NCBI GenBank assembly: GCA_963582685.1
Contig: CAUZSM010000003.1
Location: 1-32,894 of the forward strand
Reading direction: 5' to 3'
DNA: 32,894 nt
DNA from: Candidatus Thalassarchaeaceae archaeon
GTDB taxonomy: Archaea; Thermoplasmatota; Poseidoniia; Poseidoniales; Thalassarchaeaceae
The position numbers and the translations under genes were made by a program. The first letter of the stretch is position 1. Every line of letters begins with the position of its first letter. The notes below the pieces were generated by a model, which ran no database searches, was not told the DNA's origin, and saw nothing but the letters and a program-made list of their open reading frames with translations. Below are positions 8,901 to 17,000 of the stretch, piece after piece.

Positions 8901-11900
8901 GAGAATTATCTGATTTACGAGGAGCTAGTCATCGAGGACGAAGACATTGATTTGGACCTGTATTACCAACAGAGTGCATGGTTGAATGGCACAGTTGTGC
9001 ACGAGTCTGAGAAGGAAGGTGACCCTCCGGTCGGATATGATAATCTGGCGGTGAGATTCCAATGGGGTGGAATCACCACGGTTGAATACACCGAGACTTT
9101 CACAGCAGATAATGGCACTGAGATTGATGGCTTCTTCAGCATCAGATTACCTGTTGGAGTTGGCGTTAACATCACGACTGAAACAGGGATTAGCCACGAC
9201 ATTGCGGGTGTCCATATCGATGTGTTAGAAGATAACCCAATGCTGAATTTGGTTCCGGAGGAAGCATACAACATCGCTGGTCATCTATTCCTATACCGTG
9301 ACACCAACCCATACACCAGCAATATTCCGGGATGGATGATGAATCCAATTTTTATCGAGGCCACATCGGATAATCTCACTTGGCAATTATTCATCGACAA
9401 CCAAGGTAAGTTCACTGGAATGTTGCCCTATGGTAACTGGAGCATTACTGTGAATGACCCCGTATTCAATTCTGAAACAATCGTTCAATACATGTTTGAG
9501 GACAACAACAGCGTGCAACTCATCGCGCATCCTGCCAAAATCCCAGTTGTCGTGACAACTTACCTCGACCATTCACTGGATTCCAATATATCGAATGGGA
9601 CCTTATTGGGCATCGATTTCAGTATCATTCCTACATCCTTTGGTTCAGGTGAACGCGAGAACATCACCGCTGATGATATTCGATGGGAGAATGGGACGAT
9701 TTCGTTGTTACTTGAGCCGGGAACATTCGAATTTGAAACCGAGTTACCTGACGTCAGTAATGGAACTGATTACAATCGGCAGATTGCAACATCGGAAACT
9801 GAATTGGGGTTGATGATTGGCAACGAGACTTGGAATCTTGAAATTGGTTTGCTACCCGAGTGGAGAATCAGTGCACAGTTGAATAACGAGTCTGGTGAAG
9901 GATTGGCCAACTGGCCAGTCCGCTTCGAGGAGAGTGACGGTGTTCGCACCTTCACACGAAACATGGACGAGAACGGTAGCCTGCTCGCCTATCTGCCTGA
10001 AGGTGAATGGATAGTCATCGTAGACCCATTCATTCAGGGTGAAGGCGTGATGGAGGAGTTGCGCAGCACATTATCAATCGATGCTGCGAGTAGTGGAATA
10101 CAGTGGACGACCACTGAATCTGCCCACGTCAATATCACATTGCGTGAGATCGAGATGAACGAGAATCTCAGTAGTTTTACTATCAGTGCTGTCAGCGAGG
10201 ACGGATATGGTGAGATGATTCTCGGCCCTACCGATGACACCGGTAGCATCGATGCACGTATCTATCCCGGGACGTGGACCTTCAGTATGAACCGGACTGA
10301 CAACAATATGCGCTGGGTACTGGAGAATGTTACCGTCACTCTAGCTGCAGGTTGGGCTAATGATAACCTCACTCTCGAAGCCAACCGCTATGTCACAGTT
10401 GGTGGAAATCTATTCTGGGATCTTGATGGCGATGGTGGTTGGGACTTCGATGAAGGCATTGAGGATGCAACTGTTGAACTGGTCGGGGGTAACTTCGGCC
10501 CAGTTAACATGACCACCACGCAATACGGCACTTGGACACATTTTGTCCCAGTACACGCGAATTACTCGGTCACTGCAATCAAGGAAGGCTTCAGTCCTGA
10601 GACTGTAATTTACGAGATTGAAGCGGTGGCGAACTCTACCGACATGATGCTGCTTGCGGGCAGTGTGAATGTCGAAGGTAACCTGACCTACATCATTCCT
10701 GAACTATGGGATGACATAGCAGAACGCATGGAGATTGTATTGCTGCCGTATGGTGAACTTGACAGAGAGCCCCTAACTCCAGATAAGACCCTTGACAATG
10801 GCAGTTGGACCGGTCACTGGTCCACCGCTATCGAGCCCGGCAAGTGGGTTGTATACGCCTACGATGCCACTGGACACTACAATGTGACCCTCGGCCTTCT
10901 CGACGCGTCGATTGGAGATGGCGGCAATCTTGACCTAATCGTCTCTGAGGGTGGCCGTCTCTCCTTTGGAACTTCTTGGTTTGACTTCGATGGTGTTGAG
11001 CACCATCTTGCAGAGACAGATGTGCCGAATGCTCCGATGACAACAGCACCGGAACTCATCGTTGATGCTGGGTCTGACATCAAGTGGAATGTGACAGTCG
11101 ATGAGGACGGCCGATTTGACATGCTGTTGCCAGCGGGCAGTTACTCGTTTGACTCTACTTTCTGGACGGTAGAACGGGGCATAGACATGCGCTACTCTGG
11201 TGGCCTATCTTCAACCTCTGCTCCTATGCAAGATTCACCTGAGGATTCTCAAATTGAGTTCAACCGAAGGCTTGACCACTCCCTAGAGTTCAACACTGGA
11301 AATACCACGAATAGCACCTACGACGTGGAAAATGACTGGCACCTGATTGAGGTTGCTGGTGATGATGTTGAGTACAAGATTGTCGAGATGGATATTGAGG
11401 TGACCTACGCCGGTAACGAGGCAGTCGACGAGTATGTGTTCAACGCGGTGCTGAATGGTTTTGAGGCAGAATACTGGACAATTGAAGCATACAACGGAAC
11501 GGATGCAAATGGAACCGAGGAGTGGCTGACAAATGTGGTATTCACACTGGGTCTAGAGGATGACCTCTTCGAAACCATGCGAGTCAGAATTATCCCGGCG
11601 AATATGACCACAGCCCGTACCTATGATAGTGGGCATTCGATGATTGTCGAACTTTCACACATGGACGGCTCAAGCAGTGAGCATCACATCACTCTGAAGG
11701 TGCCGCAGTTTTACGGATTTGAATTGGAGACCGACCTAACGGACTACGTGATTGGTATCCAGCCGGGTACTGAAGAGATTATCCCGTTGATGTTCTCCAA
11801 CACCGGCAATGGCGATGACACCTATACAGTAAGTATCGATGACAGCGAGATGCCGGAAGATTGGGCCGCCGCTGGTGCAGATATCATACCCATCGGTGCG

Positions 11901-12485
11901 GCTAGCATACAATCATTCTCAATGAGTCTGCATGCACCAAGCAACACCGAGGATGTATCATTCAGCTTGTGGATAACGGTAACTAGCGAGGGCGGCGATG
12001 AATACCCTGTGATTGAAATCCCGGTCGAAGTTGCTCTACCCAGCCTGCAGATATCTGATGCTGGAGTGCTGTCCGGTGCCCAGAAGGGCTACGCAGTCGC
12101 CAATGAGATTAACACCTTCTTCGTCACAGTTGAGAATACTGGAATTGTCGATGCAGACATCATCACCGTGTATATCTACAGTGAAGACGGAGATGAATTG
12201 GCCAGCGCCTCAGGCCCGGTGTCTAAGCAAGATTCGTACTCATTCCAAATGGACGTCGACACCACTGGCCTAGGAATAGGCAACCATCACTTTAACTTCG
12301 TAATCAACTCAACCGGACTGGTGCTTCAGGAAGAGCCTGACGACTACACTATGACCATCAATATCCAGAAGTCGGATTCTGATGGAGTAGAATGGTGGAT
12401 TGGCGTAGTTGTATTGTTCATCTTCGTACTGCTGCTATACGGTGGCTGGAAGTTCACCGCACGCCGACCAGGGCAGCCGTTCTGA
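2955..12485 (+). CDS. aglB: Giant STT3/AglB oligosaccharyltransferase with extra N-terminal membrane domain and long C-terminal beta-sandwich (carboxypeptidase-regulatory-like/SdrD-B/CARDB-like) extension ending in a TM anchor
   Basis: The STT3 motifs occur in the expected order: GSDPWY (Asp at 4146), ADHD (4494-4502), TIAE (5121-5132), WWDYG (5844-5858) and VADNFQ. A repetitive acidic beta-rich region follows, ending WWIGVVVLFIFVLLLYGGWKFTARR. The start is placed at ATG 2955 because of the GAGGGG site; ATG 2919 is an alternative. Confidence 0.93.
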   Translation: MEEEDVVTTNRIPFLGMLSAPLVIAVMLLTTIGLTWKVIDYDVSHWNTILLATGVMLVAAVLGKVPGLIPSDSIPLSPASKSALFAAIIAAISYAMLYYDMSLLALAFGIIAVGVHVLDKAGWHEEENILVAVVAGFIFAIQVAAAGHEWIPEDSFAGQAYNLIDIERTTTVFLFFGAWTAMIIDGAILALLFRGRLSEPGKGPWFRNLDNVAGNNFLPLYIALGIWWCAHIAALVQLQGLENPDAMFLGVHLTYIGAFSTGLVLLFVAFCWAERWRTLGAVVLLNYLLFCVGSWQSKDMFGLGDVDFLTGDMGNLTWFLLFFWLNAGIIYLGFVNKLGDAGGRREHGGARQWWSANWYGITVGGALLVALAIRTLWNVLPALNGTGPGEWDMTGGSDPWYMKRAIDYIIAHNSHFVIDMDRSYPLGSINPRPPLFTWTLALAGKLLNPFVAGDVNEAAWWGTTAMPAIYGALTVLPIAAMAHKQFGKGAGATAAWLMALMPGHVGHSTFALADHDAFVMLFTSLGVYFWMIAVGAAGSDKLLEDAHWHPRHLARGISAAFQYRSKAMAYSILAGVSFATVALGWKGFVYILAIIFVAYFLQTSVNMLRRRDNMPVTAAMIVMVGTAFLLPLPFYANPELSLLLDASGFQPMFYILFAVLANGWVVTAYRDKPWLMVIVTGLSLLSVVLLVLWMLQNVFNVYNGWDVLFTGGYYFTKNKIFGTIAEAQAPSRGMLFGSFGPIVMLLALGAGIGALWSGIRHRNHVHLFLSIWTLLGIYMAWSAGRFVFNATPVMAVMGAWASVYIWRLAGSREFVKTWRRSGISTSGARFKSTYRASKKHPAVPAVLLVFILMFSQHAIYGIDSGIPRGDTNEKRIDQTFFDLAPDVMRADLFGWSLMPNDRGGNSYSGYGVGDEEVTSCRGTCWYMGTFGPGFNGRSWNDAYDWLEHQDADEDFSERPAFVSWWDYGFQALTQGQHPTVADNFQSGIPAAGNMLLSNSEQDTLGLFIGTLDEGDRRYKLNNDPDGYETSQHTNAFENAMRSHFQYSTTYDIWIDVTTAGDIDIVKERSFRVTASADDVILAEGHPVNEDGSVATSVTLYRLYEDYVLLDEFTSESEMIQAWDVNSKTDWGEDGIGTTTSHYIIGDYWYTKDMVEDFNDVGTSLHRQNARLAMARELLINTMSMDDMVALFHDLTSIDYEVVNYDAPPGETIVRNHDIRYFAVDNRLYPIGGYQYAESSFHYGNPTGIFYAPTTLAGLDPNNYLETVYITQRGDRPEQEMTSAEYEEAYIADILASQSGSGADIITLTDVRVDQQEAFFDTMIARTYVGYGGPHLGLQGRLAQPAQHFGGRGTPETALAYAPPLPGAMMQHFVLANWYDPTALENELSVGSANTGVKILKYYSGATLEGDVVLGDLGVVPNAKILIERDAFSGEEVEAEDGTVTDRDPRTYWIPIGATQADDEGHYSFRAPAGKIRVSAFMGLSDLDSARVDLISSGTSGSASWVTDILQDGNDDREINPITGILANVSGATWLGESVINISAVDGHSDGEAVLSSDVTVEASGATGRITWEGHESFNGDPIANLEVDIINIWGETVQPPYTITTSTGLIEGDREFRGTGEVTFTGPGFVESDGVVTATDFTGTYTRDILHEHSFTGSGDITGRGTLVGTLDENATAVADTCDNGTVPGGFDACYDDNEQHWIIDGTAIGAAGRFTANGTSQFLSVMNRQTFVGAGVFTIDASNESLETYGTINGTGLFSGTGIYSGPMVEPGTFHLVDAIPGVYHVRINFPNGETRQLPMPLEIGLEHLTDIELWLPGSYVHGVAETVDGDFVQSTFELLEEDDRDAEPTGLCEDVLWAPCLIESDENGSFGFGPLTEGDFILTLDMDDDGFNEYESTQIRIMGDSAQNVSASNVNHIVTMHDLNISLYKRVGDDVEIVEGQNLTFTTPLMPIEIVARDNGNGSYNVELPMGEWIVNSSLDENYLIYEELVIEDEDIDLDLYYQQSAWLNGTVVHESEKEGDPPVGYDNLAVRFQWGGITTVEYTETFTADNGTEIDGFFSIRLPVGVGVNITTETGISHDIAGVHIDVLEDNPMLNLVPEEAYNIAGHLFLYRDTNPYTSNIPGWMMNPIFIEATSDNLTWQLFIDNQGKFTGMLPYGNWSITVNDPVFNSETIVQYMFEDNNSVQLIAHPAKIPVVVTTYLDHSLDSNISNGTLLGIDFSIIPTSFGSGERENITADDIRWENGTISLLLEPGTFEFETELPDVSNGTDYNRQIATSETELGLMIGNETWNLEIGLLPEWRISAQLNNESGEGLANWPVRFEESDGVRTFTRNMDENGSLLAYLPEGEWIVIVDPFIQGEGVMEELRSTLSIDAASSGIQWTTTESAHVNITLREIEMNENLSSFTISAVSEDGYGEMILGPTDDTGSIDARIYPGTWTFSMNRTDNNMRWVLENVTVTLAAGWANDNLTLEANRYVTVGGNLFWDLDGDGGWDFDEGIEDATVELVGGNFGPVNMTTTQYGTWTHFVPVHANYSVTAIKEGFSPETVIYEIEAVANSTDMMLLAGSVNVEGNLTYIIPELWDDIAERMEIVLLPYGELDREPLTPDKTLDNGSWTGHWSTAIEPGKWVVYAYDATGHYNVTLGLLDASIGDGGNLDLIVSEGGRLSFGTSWFDFDGVEHHLAETDVPNAPMTTAPELIVDAGSDIKWNVTVDEDGRFDMLLPAGSYSFDSTFWTVERGIDMRYSGGLSSTSAPMQDSPEDSQIEFNRRLDHSLEFNTGNTTNSTYDVENDWHLIEVAGDDVEYKIVEMDIEVTYAGNEAVDEYVFNAVLNGFEAEYWTIEAYNGTDANGTEEWLTNVVFTLGLEDDLFETMRVRIIPANMTTARTYDSGHSMIVELSHMDGSSSEHHITLKVPQFYGFELETDLTDYVIGIQPGTEEIIPLMFSNTGNGDDTYTVSIDDSEMPEDWAAAGADIIPIGAASIQSFSMSLHAPSNTEDVSFSLWITVTSEGGDEYPVIEIPVEVALPSLQISDAGVLSGAQKGYAVANEINTFFVTVENTGIVDADIITVYIYSEDGDELASASGPVSKQDSYSFQMDVDTTGLGIGNHHFNFVINSTGLVLQEEPDDYTMTINIQKSDSDGVEWWIGVVVLFIFVLLLYGGWKFTARRPGQPF

Positions 12486-12498
12486 TTCGAGCACACAC

Positions 12499-12516
12499 AG
12501 CAGCCGCAGGGCTGCT
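12499..12516 (+). terminator. Hairpin after aglB (AGCAGCC-GCAG-GGCTGCT)
   Basis: Perfect 7-bp stem with a 4-nt loop, 13 nt after the stop. There is no real U-tract. Confidence 0.35.
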
Positions 12517-12613
12517 TCCCAGCAATATGGACGTTGGACGTAGCCTACGCACCCAGCCCCGTTCAGCGAAGGGGAGATGAACCTAGGTGGGAACCCCACC
12601 CCGAGGCAGAGCC

Positions 12614-13882
12614 ATGTCCACGGGCCCATACCGTCATCTTGAGTACCTCCCTGAGCCCGAGGACCCACGAATGCTCACCGCAATCGACCCCGACGCACCG
12701 GGATACCCTCCAGAAGCATATGGCGTGGGCGTTGAGCACGCTGAGGCATGGCGTCAAGCCACTCGAGAGGCTATGAGCCGGCCAGAGAAGCAACGTCCCT
12801 TTGGCATCTTCATCGTGATAACACTGGTTGCTGTATTGTTAATCTCCTATCCCTGGGTAGTGGATTTTCTTGGACCAACATTCACTCCTGACTCACAGTG
12901 GGCCTACGATGACACGGGTATCACCGAATTGCAGGAAAACTACGGGTTGACTGGGGCCGGTGTGCGCATATGCATCGTCGACACAGGCGTGGACCTCAGT
13001 CATCCTGACCTAAGTGGTATCAATCTGGTAGCGTACAAGGATTTCATTGCAGGGGATGATTCTACCGTGCAAGACCGTGGTACGGATATGCACGGCACCA
13101 TGATGGTGGGGATTCTGGCTGCAGACGGACACTTGAGGGGTGCTGCGCCAGGAGCCGATATCATCGTCGCTGCTGCACTGGGTTCTGATGGAACTACACA
13201 ATCTGAATCGATTGTTGCTCAAGCTGTACTGTGGTGTTGGTCAGAAGCTGAAGCCGATATCATCAGCCTTTCCTTGGGTGGAGACCCAGACCCGGAGAAT
13301 CCTCTTGGTTCAGAAACAGCAAATGCTGTTCGAAAGGCGTTGGAGAATGGAGTATTTGTTGTGGCTGCTGCAGGAAACTCCGGTGGGGCTGGAACCGAGG
13401 TCACTGATGTGTCCGTTCCAGCCAATGTTGACGGAGTGATTGCTGTGGGGGCGATTGAGCGCAGTGGTGACTTGTGGAACAAGACGGCGACAGGTTCGGC
13501 AACTGAGGGTGCAGAAGGAGACATTCGTGAGGAGCCACATCAGAAACCTGAGGTGGTAGCCCCAGGTGTGGGCATCATTTCCACCTCCTCGACTGCATTG
13601 GCCATCCCGTATTCAAGCAGTACCGGCACGTCTGATGCGACAGTCTTCGTGACCGGCGCTCTGGCTCTTATCTTAGAGCGGCATGGATCAGATTTGACTC
13701 GCGCAGGTATTGATGCCGACCGTGCAGACATCGATTTGGTCAAGCAAGCCCTTGCGGATTCATGCGTCAGAAGTGATTTGCAGGGCGACTCGCACCACCT
13801 CCGCTATGGCTACGGTTCTCTTGACGCAATTGCCTGGGAAAGGGCAGTAGCAGATGCGATTTCTGCACGCGGGCCGGAATGA
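12614..13882 (+). CDS. Membrane-anchored S8 (subtilisin-family) serine peptidase
   Basis: Catalytic triad motifs IVDTG, HGTMMVG and GTSDA (13625-13639), oxyanion motif AAAGN, KPEVVAPG and C-terminal YGYG. One N-terminal TM (FGIFIVITLVAVLLISYPW). The start is uncertain (GTG 12587 or ATG 12614). Confidence 0.92.
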   Translation: MSTGPYRHLEYLPEPEDPRMLTAIDPDAPGYPPEAYGVGVEHAEAWRQATREAMSRPEKQRPFGIFIVITLVAVLLISYPWVVDFLGPTFTPDSQWAYDDTGITELQENYGLTGAGVRICIVDTGVDLSHPDLSGINLVAYKDFIAGDDSTVQDRGTDMHGTMMVGILAADGHLRGAAPGADIIVAAALGSDGTTQSESIVAQAVLWCWSEAEADIISLSLGGDPDPENPLGSETANAVRKALENGVFVVAAAGNSGGAGTEVTDVSVPANVDGVIAVGAIERSGDLWNKTATGSATEGAEGDIREEPHQKPEVVAPGVGIISTSSTALAIPYSSSTGTSDATVFVTGALALILERHGSDLTRAGIDADRADIDLVKQALADSCVRSDLQGDSHHLRYGYGSLDAIAWERAVADAISARGPE

Positions 13883-13889
13883 GCATACG

Positions 13890-14067
13890 ATATCATTGGA
13901 TGAAATTGATATTATTATTTGATATAAACGGGTGATTATGATACTCTGGTAGTATTTTTACAGTATTCACTACAAAATATCTCAAAACCATAAGATATTA
14001 TTAGTTAATTTTGATACTCCCACAATTGCAGTGGTGGGGGCTGTTATATGGAAAGCAGTGATGGGGG
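13890..14067. promoter_or_regulatory. AT-rich intergenic regulatory region with repeats and TATA box (TTATAT 14044-14049)
   Basis: 32 G+C in 130 nt over 13891-14020 (~25%), inverted repeat ATATCA-N11-TGATAT (13890-13912), and direct repeat GCAGTG(G/A)TGGGGG at 14028-14040 and 14055-14067. Confidence 0.55.
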
Positions 14068-14088
14068 TGCCTTGACGGAGTTGTCAAA

Positions 14089-17000
14089 ATGGAAGAATCA
14101 CACCGCCGAAAGAGCCTGCTACTGAGCCTTCTCTTTGTATCGAGCATGTTGATAGGACTCGTTGGAGTAGTCCCGACAGCAATGGCCAGTAACGAAACTC
14201 AGGCTGGAACAATAAGTGGCCCTGAAACATGGACTGGAACGCACACTCTTACTGGAGATGTGGTAATTGCTGCTGGAGCCACACTCATCATTCAGCCAGG
14301 AACTACTATCACCATGCCCAATGGGACTCACATCGATGTTAGAGGCGCAATGTGTGCTGGCGACGTCGCTTGTGGTGCTAATGGGATGGCCAGCAATAGC
14401 AGCCGTATCATCTTCAATTGGAATTCACCGGCTAATGATCAGGCCAACGGCTCGTGTTACGGGTTGTTCCCGATAGGTGGTTCACCTCAGCACTGGAATA
14501 GAGACCCTTCTTGTTATGAGGGAATTTTGATGCGTAATACCGTCGATATTGGTATGACCAAGTTGAACCACGTCACAATCAGTAATGCCTACGGAATGCC
14601 ACGCTGGGTCAATGAAATAAATCAGGTTCGTTATGGTGCACTTGTTCTAGAAGGTGCAAGCCCTACAATCACGGGCATCAAATTCACTGACATCAACACT
14701 ACCAGCCTGCTGGTTCTCGACCTTGCTGCACCTACTATTCTTGGTGGGGAATTCACCACAGGGAAGGATGCGACTGAACTGGTTGGCTCAGCCATCCAGT
14801 CATATGGTGCAGGTAGCGCTCTAAGCCCACTAATCATCAACTACGCCATCTTTTCTGGAACTAGCAATGGCTGTGCGCAAGAAGACGATGGTCGTCACGT
14901 GCTTTGGGGTGAGAAGTCGTTTGTCGCCATCACCGGAGCAGTAGTCGGTAGTGCCGGCGCCTCAGCTGGTGACTATGGTATGAGATTCGATGACTCGGCG
15001 GGTTTTGTTCGAAATTCTTACTTCCATACCGATTGCAACGGAGTGGACCTTAACGACAAGCGAGTTGTCGGAAATACTCCGTACCAGATGTTTGTAGAAA
15101 ACAATCAGGTTACCACCGAGGAACGCTCACCACTTACCGCATTCAATCATGCATGGGTGGCCTTCAACAACAACATCATCGAGGGCGCAAGCGATGGTTC
15201 TGGCATTCAGATTTCCTCGTCAGAAGTTGAAATCAACGGAGGCACAATTGGTCCAATTGGTGGGTGGAATGGAATCTGGTCTATCGGCGAATCTGATGTA
15301 TCGGTAATTGGCACATCAATTCAGGGCACTGCCAAGGAGGCAATCATCGCAGGCGAATACCATTATGGTGACGGTGGTTGGAGTGGAATCCCAACACCTC
15401 AGAAGAATCGAATGTACATGAAGAATGTCGACATCAGCGGCACTGGTGGGGAATGCACGAGTGAGAAAATTTGGCGTACCATCATTGGACCTAGCGGCGA
15501 GGAATTTACCTGCCCTGCTATCCACGCTTATCGCACTTCATTGACCTTGATTGACAGTGATGTGAATTGGGGAGGTACTGATGCAGACGTCATCCGTGCG
15601 ATTGGTTCCATCCTCGATGTGCGCGATAATGACTTGAACGGCTCTGGTATCGGCGCTCGTATTGTCAATCACAATACTTGGCCTGGACCAGACTACGGCA
15701 GCCTTGCTTTCTTCTCTATGAACCGCTGGTCTTCCAGCATTCAGCAAGGGTATAACATCACCAAGAGTAGCGTAACTGTGCAGTCTGAATCCATTCAGAA
15801 TACTGCTCCCGGAGTTTACCCGGTCAGCCTTTCTTGGCCTGACACAGAGGCGAGTGACGAATCCTTCAATGGTTGGAACTCTGCGGTATATTTGACTCAG
15901 TCAAAGGTTTGGCCTCCGCAAGAATTCCCGTTGGCCATGGAAATCGTCAACAATTCGACGACCTTCACCTTCGCCAACCTTACCAATTTGGATAACTCCA
16001 AGATTTTCATCGACACATCTCCAGTGATGTGGGCAGTGCAGATTCGCAAGGCCGAAATCGTTCGCTTCAGAACCATTGTCGATGGTGTTCGCGTGAGTGA
16101 TGCTTCGGTGTTGATTGAGGATGCACACGGCAGAGATTTGTATTCTCTGACTACTGATAGCCAAGGCTGGACGCCTGAAATATCGTTACCGAGCGACTTC
16201 CACTTAGATTTCCGTGGACTGCAAGGTGGAGATAATCCAGATGGTTTCGCCACCGATGCACTGGAGAATTCGTGTTCTGATGGCGTGGATAATGATGGAG
16301 ACCTGCTCTATGATGCGCAGGACCCAGATTGTGCACAGGGAGCAGGAACTCGCGAGATGTCGAAGTATTACGTGACCGCGTATCGTTTCGGTAAGGGATA
16401 CAAGAATTACAACTTTATTCTGGCTGACCAAACCGGAGTACTTGCTGAGATTGTGGCTCTAGAAAATAAGGCTCCGAGCATTACTATAACTCATAATGAC
16501 GGCCATTCGTTCAAGCGTGTCATCAATTTCACTGGCTCCGCCCACGACGGTGATTGGGCTGGTATCTATGGCTCCAATCAGATGGACGATGAGGACCGCA
16601 ACACCCTTGCTCAGTGGGATGAACAGGGTATCGTAGAACAGGTGCAGATCAAGGATCCATTCACCAGTGATTGGGTTGATATGCGATTGGCCGTTGACAC
16701 TAGCAACTCTGGTGGAGAGGTGACATACAATAATCACCCATTCCGCAATTGGTACTTCTCGTACGACATGAGTGACCAGCCGGAAGGAGACTACACCTTT
16801 GAGTTTCGTTCCTTTGACGGTATCGACTACTCTCCGATTATCACTCGTACTATCAAACTGAACACTGAACCGCCGACAATTTGGGTGGATTCACCTGCTG
16901 ATGGCACCGTCATCGAAGACGGTATCGTCCACTTCTCAGGTCGTGCCAGTGATGCCTACAACGGAATCTTTGGCTCGGATATCGGTTCAGTATGGTTCGA

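Noticed and set aside
2955-12485. Intein or mobile insertion as the explanation for AglB size
   Set aside because: I saw no intein splice-junction or LAGLIDADG motifs. The extra length is terminal, acidic and sequon-rich, like extracellular domains.
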